Shown piece after piece: positions 1 through 14,427 of a stretch of DNA of 64,000 nucleotides. Each line of letters opens with the position of its first letter. Position 1 is the first letter of the stretch. The stretch lies in assembly GCF_001194135.2 (NCBI RefSeq), contig NC_068999.1, positions 50,991,456 through 51,055,455 on the forward strand, read 5' to 3'. This stretch comes from Octopus bimaculoides. Lineage: Eukaryota. A program made the translations under genes and the position numbers. Under the pieces are notes generated by a model that saw nothing but the letters and a program-made list of their open reading frames with translations, did not search any database and was not told where the DNA came from.

Positions 1-434
1 TAACTGATATATCAGCAACGAATATCGTGCCTGGTTGTTATGCAAGGCATCTAGTATATATGTATATAAATATATATATACANNNNNNNNNNNNNNNNNN
101 NNNNNNNNNNNNNNNNNNNNNNNNNNNNNNNNNNNNNNNNTATATATATATATGTGTGTATGTATATATATATATATATACGTGTATGTATGTATGTTTT
201 TTGAGTGTGTCTCAGACAATTCTTTGTCTCGTCTCCAAGCAGTGAAGTATATATAAACTCACATTCAAGTTACGGACGAATGAAATTCAATGGAAGATAT
301 AAGATGAAGATGTTGAAAAGAACTACCATATCAACGGTTTCACTTTCATTTGCATACATACATACATGTATACATACAAACATACATACATACATAATAT
401 ATATATATATATACGTGTGTGTGTGTATGAATAT

Positions 435-472
<38 letters not shown>

Positions 473-755
473 TTATATACATATATACATATATACATAC
501 ATACATATATACATACATAGAGAAGGATGTACACATTTGTATATTTATGTGCATTCACGTTTGAGATGTACATTTATTCAACGAATATTTTGGGAAGTGT
601 ATATATACATACACACATATATATATATCAACATATGCTGATGTACTGTAACCTGTTCGTGTGCTCCTCTGTGTGTATGGCTTTGTATGCTTCCGTATGG
701 TTGTGTGACCGAAGTGTGTATATTTGTGTTTGTGATTGTGGGTGTTTGTGTTTGT

Positions 756-796
<41 letters not shown>

Positions 797-871
797 CGTG
801 TGTGTGTGTGTGTGATGGTGATTTTATAATGCTGTGACGTCTGTGTACATTGGTCTTCCATTTTACGTATG

Positions 872-905
<34 letters not shown>

Positions 906-1149
906 TATACATGCGTATATATACGTGTGTGTGTGTGTGTGTGTTTGTGTGTGTATGACTAATTAACTTATCTCCTTTAGACGTCATTCTCAATGGTGAA
1001 TATAAGTGGACTTTTCCTTGAATAGATGGAGTTTATAAAACAGATGTAAACGCCAACGTTTGTTCAGATTCTTAAACAACTTCAAATACTGAATCAATAT
1101 TTCATAATATTTCTATCACGAAGTATTTCGCTAATTTAAATGTCAAAGA

Positions 1150-1520
1150 GACATACCACCAGAGAGAAATGTCGTCTGAAGCAAGAAATATTACTAAACC
1201 AAATACTACACCAACGTGTCTTTTATGTGTCTTCATCGTAGAATCAAGGAAGCTGACGCTCTTTCAGATAGCAACTGAAATTTGGAAGTGTTTGGAAGTG
1301 ACATTGATAATGTTATTTATTACCATGATGGATACATAAACGATAAAACTGTTGGCAGCTTACATACCAAGCCGAGTAAGATCGTAAAAGGATTGAAATT
1401 ATCAAGCGCTGTGATGAATCGCGATAAGGCTACGCGTGAAGCTGAAGAATTGTCTTCAGGGAGACATAGAGTGACAAAAATATGGCACATAGCCAAATCA
1501 CATGTTATTTTGAGAATTAT
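1150..1520 (+). mobile_element. Possible very old mariner-like transposase remnant
   Basis: Manual translation gives IVESRKLTLFQIATEIWK at ~1235-1290, resembling the mariner HTH segment LIEEDRRITIREIAEELG. Downstream similarity is faint and broken by frameshifts. Confidence 0.3.
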
Positions 1521-2555
1521 GAAAGGAGAACTGATTTATGACGAAGAGGAATTAGTACCGTACTAATTTCTATGAGAAATATATTGAAACATGTTCAGAG
1601 CGTATACACTTATTCTTAGTTTATTTTGTATTCATGGTGCTCTGTTATCTGGAAGAGTCCACCTGCAGAATAAATAAAAACATAAAATACTGATGTTTCT
1701 GTCAAAATTAGTTACCTTTGTGTAAACAATGTTTAACCAAAATCTGACATCTGTGTAAAGGCTATGTTAGGGAAATTTCAGTCTCATTATTTTTGTGAAA
1801 ATCATTTTAACAAATAAGAGAATATATCCAAAGATGAGCCTTGGCTCAAACAAACACATAGGCATGCACACACTGAGGCAATACCATTTGCTGGACTGGT
1901 CAATAGAATTCTGAATAAAATTACGAAGTAAATGCAAGCTTGAATGACTGTCCAGGAGGCTGAAGTTATAAAGGAAAATGACTTGACGTGGCGTTGAACG
2001 CACTCAGATCGTCATTGCAAATCGAGTTAACGCTTAAGTAAATATCAATAGTGTCGTGTCTAAAATCATTTTAATAGTGAATTTGAAAGCGACTGGAGAG
2101 GAAAGAGGACGAAAATGGGGAGCGGAGATGTGTATATATAAAATGTAAGATTGAGACAAGTGAACACTAGTGTATATATCGACACCGGGCAAATGAATGA
2201 TACACTAAGACTAATATTAATATTACTAGGTGTCGTAATTGATAACCACTACAGTTTGATGTAGTATTAGAGTAAAAGACTATAAGCTTTGTTGTTGATT
2301 GAATCAATGCCAGTCAGAGATAATGCGGTTTCAGCTAATGTCTTTCTCGATTTCCTCTCATTCCGGTTCATTTCTGGCTCATCCAATTGACGTGTCTGGT
2401 GTCTTAGTGAAGGATTTATCCATTGCAATTAAATGTGAAGAAGAGGGGAAACAACATATACCTATTTGTCCATTTATCTATCTATCTAATTATCTATATA
2501 TCTATCTTCTTCCCTTTTCTCTCGCTCTCCTTCTCTGACTCTGTCGTTCTCTCTC

Positions 2556-2597
<42 letters not shown>

Positions 2598-2803
2598 TAT
2601 ATATGTGTATTCATCTGTGTGTATCTCTGTGTCTATCTATGTGTATGTAGGGTTATATGCACTAATATACATGCACATCATTACATAAGCTCATATGCCG
2701 GCGTTAATACACACACAAACACAATTTATGCCTATTGACACACATACACTCACACACACACAAATAGAAACACGAACACACAAACACATATGCATATATA
2801 CAG

Positions 2804-2920
2804 GACAGGCTTCTTCCAGTTTCCATCTACTACTAAATCCACTCACAACGTTTTGGTGGGCCCGAGGCTATAATTAATGATACTTGCCCAAGTTGACATA
2901 GTGGAACTGAACCTGGAACT
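2804..2920 (-). mobile_element. SINE-A (tRNA-derived, octopus OK/OR-like) 5' fragment
   Basis: Reverse complement matches the head of the copy at 56568 (ggcttc..cagtttcc.tctac..aaatccactcacaa....tggt.ggcc.gaggcta...acttgcccaag). Confidence 0.85.
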
Positions 2921-2951
2921 ATACATACATACATACATATACATACACGTG

Positions 2952-3510
2952 CACAGGGTGCGTAAGGTATTTGAGGACACTTTTTCGGGTAATTGCTGCA
3001 TTTTTTCATTTTTTGCTAACTGTATAATCTTTGTTTCAGAAAATAATAATAGCAGACTCTCAGCTTTCTCCAGAAATGAAGAGGCATGCTGTTATTATGG
3101 TTATAAATGCTGAGCATAGCGATTTAGAAATATCTCAATTGTTTAAGTTGCCAAATCTTTCGTCTTCAAAGTTTGTAAGGAGATAGAGACTGAAGATGGA
3201 AACGTATCGCCGTATCAGAGTATAAAAAGCATTCTAAACGTTCTGAAATCATCAGAATTTATCCAACAAGTTCAACAGACCATTGATTAAAATCCCAGAG
3301 AGTCCATGAGGTAAATTGCAAAAGAGAACTCCATGTGTCAGAAGGAACAATCAGAAATGTTGTCCCCAAAGACATCAGATATAAGTCTTATGTAATGAGG
3401 AAAGGTTTATTTGTCAGAAAAAGCCAAAGAAAATCACTGCATCAGAATTAAATGGCTCTTCAACAAACTGAAAAATCCAGCAGAAGAAGATTTGATTTGG
3501 CTTTTCTCAA
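2952..3510 (+). mobile_element. Decayed Tc1/mariner (maT/DD37D-like) transposon, left end plus transposase N-terminus
   Basis: Begins CAGGGTG (TIR-like). From ATG 3076, allowing frameshifts and stops: MKRHAVIMVINAEHSDLEISQLF / FVFKVCKEIETEDGNVSP / EFIQQVQQTID*NPRESMR*IAKE / LHVSEGTIRNVVPKDIRYKSYVMRKG / EKAKENHCIRIKWLFNKLKNPAEEDLIWLFS. This is a paired-like HTH region followed by the xxFSDE start of the catalytic domain. Confidence 0.8.
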
Positions 3511-4887
3511 GAAGCTTCCGCTTGCCAAATTTATTCACAAAGCATTTGCTGTCATAGTTATGTAATAGAAAGCATTTACCCTCAATTTTGCATATTGGGA
3601 CAAAAGCTGAGAACATGTGGAAGGACAATTATTGCCTCATTTATAAAAAAAAAACATGCATATACTTAAAATTAGCAGGTCTGCCAGATGCATACAGTTG
3701 TTTAACCTCTTGACACCTTTAGGATTACGGCTTTTTCGTCACATTCTTCATGTAGTAATATTCTCAGTGTGGAATAAATAACGTTTCTATATTTCCATTA
3801 ATATTCAAAAGTTCCACGGTCTGGGCGTAGATATGGTTGTATAAAAAGTGATGCACGAGATGGGTCAATGGTAAAAGCAAGAGCGAAAAAATGATTTTCT
3901 GGTTTATTACAGCATTTGCATATGTAGGTAAAAGTGGTATGGAAAGTCATCCACACAACACCAGGAAGAAAACCGTTGAACGTGTTCCTTATTAGTCTTG
4001 TGTGTTTTTTTTTTAATTTAGCTTTAATTAAATTTGTGCTTCAACATTGATTTCTTGTTTTCTATAGCTGGCTTTTAGTGGAAAAGGATTTCACACAAAA
4101 AAATCATGGACCAAGTAGTTGTGCATCGCTGATCTAAAGTACATCGCCTTATGAGAAATTTCAGTAGGTCACTTCACTTTTTTCAATGAAAATGTTTTGC
4201 TTTTATATACACCGGGAATTTTTAAATATAATAATACACAAGGCATACAATTTCATATTAGTTTATTGCATATATGAGTTTATGCATTGTAGTGTAACAA
4301 TTATGGTATATGAAACAGAAAATATTGAATTTCGTATAGCTTAGTGCAGTGAAAAATATTTATTGAATGGCCTTTATCTTAATAATACCTAAGCCACGAA
4401 CAAATTCTGGAGGAGTATAGAGTAGTAAAGATGAATTTTATTGTAAGTTCTTGTTATTCAAGCTAGGCTCAGCGCCGTTTCAATAGCCTTGTGATCAAAG
4501 CAGATAAAGCTGCATATATTTTTTAATTATATCATCCTGAATGCATTCGTATATATTTCCACGACAGGTTTAACGAAGAATAATTCGGTGCTATTTCTAT
4601 CATGTCACTCATATGTAAATATAAAAGAGAAACAAAACTGACTACTTATCAGGGATAGTTCTGATTAAGTTGATTAAGTTCTGATGAAATGAAATTATCT
4701 AAATGGTTCGATAGTTTGTGAAAGGTTGTGGAAGGACCCTGGCCACACCCATGAGATCAAAAAGGAACTGACGAATTTCAATAAAATATAGAAACTGTGT
4801 GAAGTGGAGGCAATTGACAATCAGCAGTTGACAACGTTCATCGTTCGCATTCGATTACTGTGTTAGTTTAATATCGTACTTACATTA

Positions 4888-5090
4888 AGGCGGAGAGCTG
4901 GCAGAAACGTTAGCACGCTGAGCGGTATTTCGTCTGTCTTTCGATCTGAGTTCAAATTCCGCCGAGGTCGACTTTGCCTGTCATCCTTTCGGGGTCGATC
5001 AATTAAATACCACTTGCGTACAGGGGTCGATCTAATCTCACTGGCCCCCTGCCCAAAATTTTCGGGCCTTGTGCCTAGAGTAGAAGAGAA
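4888..5090 (+). mobile_element. SINE-B (tRNA-derived), near full length
   Basis: ggcggagagctggcagaaacgttagcacg (A-box-like), gagttcaaattccgccgagg (B-box GTTCAAATT), then gtcgactttgcc.tcatcctttcggggtcgat. The same sequence recurs at least 6 times in the window. Confidence 0.85.
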
Positions 5091-8000
5091 TATCGTACCT
5101 ATGTTTGATGTAGTACAGAACACGTTCTGTGTGAACATATCAACTCTGCAAAAGGTTATTCTAGATAACCATATCTAGATATTGTGCTGGGTACGCCCCA
5201 ATGTCGTCATAACATTATTAGCAACGAGATATTCGAAATCCCGGAGACATTACATGAAAGGACGATGAAATTTTACAGAACTCTACATAGCATACTACAT
5301 GAATTATTTGTTATATGTTTTCAATGAAACTATATTACGATGACTACCATTCCTCATATCCGTGTGTTTTGGTTGAAATCACCCGAAAATATCCTTGTAT
5401 TTTTTGTATTTGTAAAAAAAAAATACTTAACATTTACAACGATGCCGAAATTTGATTATTGGAATACGTTAACATGTCTTTATCCAGTGCAAAAATGATT
5501 TTACAAAACAAGGTAGAAAACAATTGAATACTGGAATAATGTTGTAAATGTTTTCCTAATGTTACCAATAAATTTTGAGTGTTGTGTATATCGTAAAACA
5601 ACTACTGAATGTAAATATGATATAGTTACTTTTTCATGATGAAATTCTCAGTGCATAGATATTATTGCTTCTGTCATAATAGAAGCAATCTCAAATTTTG
5701 TCATAACTTCAACTAGAACTTTCACAAAGTTTAGCATTAAAATATAATCGAAAACAGCAAAACGATATGTAAGAAATGGAGAAGAGAAAAAATATATTAT
5801 CGCTAGGGACAGAAAAAATGGCAAATCTGTAATTGACAAACAAAGATGAAAATGTTTAAAATGGAGTAACATATTGAATAGTTTCCTTTTATTTCTTTCT
5901 TTCATATATTTACTTTCTTTTTAATTTTCTTTTTCTTTTTTCATCACACTGAATGTCGGAAAATAATTTTACATTAACATTCAAAGCCTTTGAAATGAAC
6001 ATTTAATCATTTATTTTCTTTGTTAATGGAAACACATTACAGCAACTGAAGTAGTAGTTTTACGTAAATACTTGAAGCAAAATAATTTTCAATGGTATAA
6101 AAATGGAGCAAAATTTCTTAATCGCCAACGTGATTCACTCCAATTATCATGTCAAAGATTCAATAACCAAAGCTCACATACATATCTAGCATTAACATTC
6201 ATTAGCATTAACGAGTTAGCACACACACACGCACCCACACACATATAATATACATTTAGATATACATATCCTATCGTACGCATACTCAGGCCTATAAATC
6301 GTAACTCACATCCACGCAAACGCTGAAACAAGGGGCAAATATCGTTGTGTGGTTTCCCATTAACAACGTTAGTGTTAAGTAGCGTCTTGGTCATGTATAT
6401 TGAACTGGAGATTTAAGGCGATGTTTAAAACTTCCGAAGTGATATGGGTGTATATTGTAACTCTCCGTGGTTGGTAGCTATTATCTGGCAGCAACTGGAC
6501 GACAGCGATATATAGCTACCATCAATAAAATTTGCTATATTGTAAGTTTTAGAGTTTGTATTCAACATAATGGTGAAACAATGGCATTCCATTCGTCTAC
6601 TCAAAAAGTCACAGGGAAACTGCGAAGTATAGACGCAAATTGTTATCTATTGACTTATTCATAAACAAATAATAATGCATCTGCAAAGAAATACGCAGAC
6701 GTATCTATTTACTGGCAGGAAAAATACTAAAATGAAGAGAAATAATGGAATTCGTTAAGATAATTATCGACCACTGATGTTTGAAATAAAACTTTAAACA
6801 AGTGAGTGTTACGTAAGCTATACATAGTCAACTGAGTTGTCGCTCCTGCCAAATCTCCGGCGGACAGGCACGGACACAAACACGTGTACAAACACGTATA
6901 TATGCATCTGATAGTATTGATTAAAACTATTTGATTCAACTCTATGATATATAACCCAGACGAGCATACATAACATACAGCATTACAGAGACTAAATACA
7001 TTAAAATACTATTCCTGTAAAATATGGAAGATACAACGTGCAATAAGTCAGACACTAGTCTATTGGGGACCTACAATAATGTTTACTTTTGTCTCACCGT
7101 GAACAATATTTGTCCCTCTCACTTTCTGTAACTTTTTTAGTTCTAGTTCTCTTGGAACACACACACACACACACACACACACANNNNNNNNNNNNNNNNN
7201 NNNNNNNNNNNNNNNNNNNNNNNNNNNNNNNNNNNNNNNNNNNNNNNNNNNNNNNNNNNNNNNNNNNNNNNNNNNNNNNNNNNNNNNNNNNNNNNNNNNN
7301 NNNNNNNNNNNNNNNNNNNNNNNNNNNNNNNNNNNNNNNNNNNNNNNNNNNNNNNNNNNNNNNNNNNNNNNTATATATATATATATATGCGTGAGTGCGT
7401 CCGTACGTGCGCGCGTATGTGTGTCTGTGTGTGCATGCATGTGAGGTAATATTCAAAATGGAGTGGTATACCGACACCCGCATGTGGCACGCTTGAACAA
7501 TTGCAAAGATGCCTTCGCGTGAAACTGGGTTGCCTTGTTAATCCACGTGGTATCACGGCATCGACTTCACTATGGCACGTTGTTATACATCGTTGGTCAC
7601 AATGCATTTAGCATCATTTTAGCTCTCGATCCGGATAGCTAGGCGAGCAGGCCAACATTCCCACTGGTCAGAAGGCTGGTCCATAAAAGGTTTAGGAATT
7701 TACTTACTGAGTGACATGAAGTATTTTGCTCAAGAACACTACGGAGCTGATATGAGAGTCTAAGTCACGATCACATGACTATGAGCGAAACACTACTAGC
7801 CACCAGGCGACGAGCCTTAATATATANNNNNNNNNNATATATATATACGTGTACATCGGTGCATGTTTTGTGTGTCTGTATGTGCCTATGTATTTACGTG
7901 CTTGTATGCGAGAGTGTGTGTGTGTTTGTGTGTGTATGCGTGTGATCATGTGCGTGTGTGCGCGCACGTACACAGGTGCATGCCAATGTGTGTAAATGTA

Positions 8001-9318
8001 TATATTCTACCGTCTATACATATACACACACACACAATATAGTTAGAAAAATTGCAAGATGCAAATGGATATCACTGATACACATTGATCATTGGCAAAT
8101 CCTCCTAATACATAGATCTGTATACTACAGCAGGCAATTCTCTTTTTGTATACGAGATTCCACTTAGGTGGCATTGATCAATTCGAGGTTCCAGCCGAAG
8201 AACTGTCCAGAAGAAAGATCTATAACATCGAAGAATATTGTCACTACTTCAACACACTACTCACGATTGATTTCAAGCGAAATAATATTATTGAGGAAAT
8301 TTGATGAATTATTTAACGTGTTTTAGAACTGTATTAGGTGGCCATAATTCCATCTAAGTATTAAGCATTGTCTGAAGTTCACTATAGGAATTCAATATTT
8401 ATGCCAAGAGCTTTTCTAAACAGCTGTTTCAAATTTATGCATTGAATAGTAAAAACCAGACATCCTATCAATAAATTAATATTCTTGCAGGCAAACTGGC
8501 TTTGTCCTTCGTGGATAAAAGTGCATGTGAAATTCCCCAACGTTTGTCGTTGTCATAATTTGAAAGGATTTGTGTCCGTGTATCTACGGAACAGGCTTCG
8601 TCATTGATGTTTACGATGTTAAGGCGTTTTTAAAATTTGGTAGTTCACCGTGCTTAAGGCTGGACAGGGAATCTAATCAACCGTAGACTTAGTCGTCAAA
8701 GATTTGGACGTCAAAGACTTGAAGAGAATCATAATTTTTAATTCATTTCTCTTTAGGTATTCTCCCAAGCCGGTCTCTAGGCTTTTATCAACATATCACT
8801 TTAATTCTTCCAAATCACATGCATGATCAACTTTCTATTCAATGATTAGCGATGTCATTGACCAATCGAAATTTGTTTACAGGGTTTGTCCTAAATTTTA
8901 TTCAACTAGTTATTTAATGCAGAGTTTATTTAATGCAGAGTTTATTCAACTAGTTATTTAATGCAGAATTTAATTACAAACTTAGAACACGATATACAAT
9001 AGCTGATAATCAAATCTCACTATCCTGTTTTTGTTACCACTTTCACCCTCCGCAAAAAATCCCAAATTTTATTTTATTTGCTTTGCCGGAAGGACTGTTT
9101 TAACGAAGTGGCGTCTTGTCCCTACCTTCGAAACACAGAGTAGATAAAACAAGCGACAACTAATGAAGGGAATGTTCCTTATGTTGCCTGTCTCGTTTCT
9201 CTGTTTGTTTGTTTATTTTGTTGTTCCAAAAACAAAAAACTTCGTTCTTTATGATTTTGTTTTTTTATGCTCTCGTTTCTCATATTGCCTACGTTTTTTT
9301 ATGCCGTGTACACATATA

Positions 9319-9355
<37 letters not shown>

Positions 9356-9766
9356 TTATATGTAGGTATGCACATATATGTATATCTGCATATATTTATA
9401 TATTATTCATATCATATATAGATGTGTGTAGACATATATATATATACATATATAGTAGAATTATACGAAAACATAGACACACATATATAGTTATGTATAT
9501 ATGCATATTCTGTGCTATATTCTATGCTTTTGTATACGTCACATTTCATATCTATTCAGCTCGCATCCCTAAAACATCTTTGACATTTTATAGTTTTATT
9601 ACGTTAATAAAATCTGACAGGGACCGGGTTTAGCTTTTAAATCAGTACGAAGATTCGTAAATATAATAATTACGGGGATAATAATGCATCACGAAGTGTA
9701 ATTGCAAACTTATCATATTTTAAGATGTCTGTCAAACTCACAAAAAATATGTCAAAAGCACTTTCC

Positions 9767-9812
<46 letters not shown>

Positions 9813-10623
9813 NNNNNNNNNNNNNNNNNNNNNNNNNNNNNNNNNNNNNNNNNNNNNNNNNNNNNNNNNNNNNNNNNNNNNNNNNNNNNNNNNNNNNNNN
9901 NNNNNNNNNNNNNNNNNNNNNNNNNNNNNNNNNNNNNNNNNNNNNNNNNNNNNNNNNNNNNNNNNNNNNNNNNNNNNNNNNNNNNNNNNNNNNNNNNNNN
10001 NNNNNNNNNNNNNNNNNNNNNNNNNNNNNNNNNNNNNNNNNNNNNNNNNNNNTATATATACTACTGTGATGTGTTTTATACTTTTCTGCTTTCAAAGTTA
10101 TATATTATCAATGAATATTTGCATATATTTTTTCGATCAAGAATGGTTTTTGCTGCTTTGCGTGATAGTTTTCATTATTATGCGTAATATGCGATTTACG
10201 CATTTTAATTGTGAGTGAAATTGTGATGCTTGGCTACATCATCAATCACTGAATATTGTACGTTGAGTCAGAATTATAAGTAAAGTTGCTAATTAGCACG
10301 ATTGAAGGGCGCTGACATTTCTGAAATGAAGTAAGTGAATTAATCGGGTCACAATAGCTAGATAGATTCACCAATCAATCACATGGACACAAAGCATCGA
10401 AAGAATGTGAGGCTAGTGACTGAGTTTCAGAGTCAACTGTACTTGAGTAACGTCAATAAATAATATATAAGTTTGTACAAGATAAAAATTCCAGTTGTCA
10501 GAACTTTACATCCAAAAACGAAATCGTGTTTACAGTGATTTATAAGACTTAGATGGGATACCTGTTTATATTAAAAATTCAAAATATAAAAAATAATAAA
10601 AGTAGCAGTAGTAATAGTAGTAT

Positions 10624-10684
<61 letters not shown>
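10624..10684 (+). repeat. (TAG)n microsatellite
   Basis: Pure AGT/TAG trinucleotide run. Confidence 0.95.
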
Positions 10685-11315
10685 TGCATTAGCAATAGTA
10701 GTATATGATTATACAAATCGCGAAGTGCCGGACAAACATACACGATAGTCTTTAATTATATCGCCTTACTTCTGAGATTCAAAATTCAGGCCGTGTGACT
10801 TTAAACTACTAAATTTGTGCTACGTTTCAAGAAATTATTATCCGACAATTAGTGTTAGATTTTTCAAATAACTGTACCTCTCACTCCAAATTTATGGATT
10901 TTTGCCAATCACAATGAGAACCATTATTATGATATTAAATCCTAATCAATACATATACATACATACATACATACATATATATANNNNNNNNNNNNNNNNN
11001 NNNNNNNNNNNNNNNNNNNNNNNNNNNNNNNNNNNNNNNNNNNNNNNNNNNNNNNNNNNNNNNNNNNNNNNNNNNNNNNNNNNNNNNNNNNNNNNNNNNN
11101 NNNNNNNNNNNNNNNNNNNNNNNNNNNNNNNNNNNNNNNNNNNNNNNNNNNNNNNNNNNNNNNNNNNNNNNNNNNNNNNNNNNNNNNNNNNNNNNNNNNN
11201 NNNNNNNNNNNNNNNNNNNNNNNNNNNNNNNNNNNNNNNNNNNNNNNNNNNNNNNNNNNNNNNNNNNNNNNNNNNNNNNNNNNNNNNNNNNNNNNNNNNN
11301 NNNNNNNNNNNNNNN

Positions 11316-11348
<33 letters not shown>

Positions 11349-11726
11349 ATGTATATATGTATTTATGTTTTCTTATTTGCTTTCCGTGTCAGGTTCTTTA
11401 CAGACGTTGGTCATTAACTCCTAGAAATAACAAATTTATGATGCTGTGAATTTTGATTATAGGTTTTAGTTTTTGTGCCAGAAGAATTACGTCTGTGTCT
11501 GAGGAGAGATAAAATATATGGGTAACTTCAGAAGGTTAAATAAAAGCATAGTATACACAGTTATTCAATAAGTGTCGAGATAGTGTTTGTAACGTGTCTA
11601 AAGAAAATGATAGGAAGAAACCACCCTTAGTTGTTTCATCACATGAACTTATATGAAATGTCGAATAATTTGCAATGTACTTACGAAACTCGGCACACAT
11701 CCTCCCTATATATGCATATGTATATG

Positions 11727-11779
<53 letters not shown>

Positions 11780-12009
11780 GCGGTGATTTACAATGTTCGT
11801 ATATATACAATAGTCCATCTCTGCTTGAGATATAGAATAGATATTTATGACACAAACACATAGACGGCTAGCTATTATGAATAAATATATCTACATGCCC
11901 CACTTGTTTATACAGTCAGTTTACCTCACTCTCCATAGATATTGGGTCATTCCATAAATAATGCAGTTTTTTTATACTTGTTTTATTTTTCAAAATTAAG
12001 ATAAACAAA

Positions 12010-12566
12010 GTTCTATTTGAATTTAACATACTGTTCATTTTCTACAATTTTCTTCCATCTATCTGGTAGAGTTGCAAGGGCCCTCTGTCAAAATTCACTT
12101 GTCTGTGACGAAAAATACACTTCCAGTACTGTTATGACTTCATCTACACAATTCATATTTTTCTGTCCAAATGATTTTGAAGACTGCAGAATAAATGATA
12201 ATCAGATGGCGCTATATCCGCCGATTATATGGTGGGTGCAGCATAACTTCCTAGTCAAACAGCCTTTGGAATGTCATCCTCGCTGTATATGACCGACCAT
12301 AATCCTGATAGAAGAACACCTTTCGTCTTGAAACCAAAGATGGTCGTTCTTCTTCAAGCGCAGATTTAAGCCACTCAAGCTGCTCCTTTGTTATCGTTTC
12401 GTTTGGGATTAAAAGTTGAAAGTGGATTAAACCAGCAAACAGATAACACCTTACGTGGGTGAAGACTTTCTTTAGCGTAGAGTGCCGTGTTTCGCCTTTC
12501 CCTACCCACTGTCATCGGCGCTTGACATTTTTTATAGAGAACGAGTTTCTCGTCACCAGTCACTAT
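12010..12566 (-). mobile_element. Mariner (DD34D) transposase pseudogene, catalytic domain to C-terminus
   Basis: Minus strand, with frameshifts: DRIVTGDEKLVLYK / ESLHPRKVLSV / IHFQLLIPNETITKE / QLEWLKSALEEERPSLVSRRKVFFYQDYGRSYTAR / EVMLHPPY / DIAPSDYHLFCSLQNHLD / ALATLPDRWKKIVENEQY. These correspond to the canonical mariner motifs TGDEKW, HQDNARPH and HPPYSPDLAPSDY. Confidence 0.92.
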
Positions 12567-12676
12567 TCTATCGATTTCTCTTGCCGAACCGCTAGGTTAC
12601 GGGGACGTAAACACACCAGCATCGGTGGTCAAGTGATGTTGGGGGGGGGGGGACAAATACACACACACACACTGTC

Positions 12677-12724
<48 letters not shown>

Positions 12725-12876
12725 GACAGGCTTCTTTCAATTTCCATCTACCAAATCCACTCACGAGGCTTCAGTCGGCCCGAGGCTATTGCAGAAGACA
12801 CTTGCCCAAGGTACCACGCAGCGGCACTGAACCTTGAATCATGTGGTTTGTAAGCAAGCTACTTACCACACGGCTA
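12558..12876 (-). mobile_element. SINE-A, lacking its 3' tail, with internal (TA)n/(TG)n tract
   Basis: Colinear with the 56568-57022 copy from the head through 'cggttcggcaa.aga..cgatagaata', then abuts the mariner sequence. Confidence 0.9.
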
Positions 12877-12909
12877 TGTCTGTTTACAATATCTACAACA
12901 AGGTCATAA

Positions 12910-13065
12910 CCTTCAGGTTTCGCCGAGTTTGAATTTGCTTTTCATCCTATCGGAGTCGATAAAATAAGTACCATTTGAACAGTGTAGTGGAGGTAATTCC
13001 CTTTCTCCCACCTCCGAAACTGATCACCTGGTACCAAAATTTAAAACTAATATATTACGGAATTC
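12910..13065 (+). mobile_element. SINE-B, degraded 3' part
   Basis: tttcgccgag.ttgaatttgcttttcatcctatcggagtcgataaaataagtacca matches the SINE-B core. Confidence 0.65.
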
Positions 13066-14427
13066 AAGATATCACGTTAACATGTGAAATTCTGATAGTT
13101 AATAAGATTTAAAAAGATAATCATGAAAACTTAATACGATTTGTGACGTCTTTACTTATATCTAAAATAGTTATATGTTTGAATACCATTGGTTTAGTTC
13201 GTTAACATCACTCATTACGAAGTTTCCTCTGTAATATAGTATAAATATATTAATGCTAATAAGATATATATGTTTATTAATGTACGACTACAGCACCAAA
13301 TAAGTTACACGCTGATGCATAAGTCGTACTACAGTTTCACTAATGAAAATAACAATCTTTGTGAGAAATAATATCTTGTGTGTCTAAGTATGTATTGAAA
13401 TCTGGTCAACAACTTTTCTGATGAGATACTAAATCTACTCCAAGGGAATTTGCTACTGATCAAGTATGTCATTATAAGTCAAAGGCCATGTATATTCTTC
13501 ATAATATCGCAACATTAACGTCTCAGAGAACATTAAGTGTTAAACTAATCAGTCAAGTGTACGAAAGTGGGAAAGCATGAACTTGTACTAAGTAATACAG
13601 TGATATTAATTCGTCAATGTCATGAGTGTGATTGATGGCATCGAATCGAAATAATCAGAATTGATAGATCGATATTTCTTAAGGATATCATTTTCAGTAA
13701 ATATCCTGAATTGACATACATTACTCGCAGCTGGTGTTTTCGATATTTTCGATCTGTATACACTATAGCAAGCTTTCCTAGTATATCTTTGGTTATTAGG
13801 AATTATCAAGCCAAATTCTTTTGTATATGATTCCTCTTGTCTATTTGTTTGGGGTGAAAAAGAAGCTCTATGTATTCTTTTTGAATAGTTAATAGTCGAA
13901 GGTTAAATGATAAACTATGTGAAGAGGAATTTGCAGAAGGACAACGATCTGGTTTAGATACAAGGTGGGGTGGTTAGCCATTATTGTGGCGTAAATGAGT
14001 CCGGAAAATCTAACTGGAGACAAGGTGAGAACAACCAGTTACAAAGAAGAAAGTTTAGTACAAAGAACAACAAAGACATGAGAGATCTTAAAAGAGTGCA
14101 TGCCTGTGGACCAGCGACTGTGGACCAAGTCAAATTTTGTACACGATTTTATGCCAATTATTCCATTGCTCATTCTTAGTAGCTAGAGTTCTGTCATAAT
14201 AAATGTTATTATCTTCAATGTTATTATCTTCAATGTTATGTAATGATTCAAGGGGGTATATGAATGACAGAAAGTGCTCGCCAAAGTCTCTATGATAATG
14301 TAATATTTCGTTAGAACACTCTCCTTTACTCTCCATATTATTCCCGCATTACCTCACTTCCCCATCACTAAGGATTATCTCCTACTGCTATCATCCACCT
14401 AATTTATCGAATTTTCTTTACGTTATA

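Noticed and set aside
1282-1566. 94-aa ORF (TTG start) followed by AATAAA at ~1670, considered as a terminal exon
   Set aside because: There is an in-frame TGA at 1276 and no good acceptor after it. Another frame resembles a decayed mariner HTH, and I recognise no homologue.
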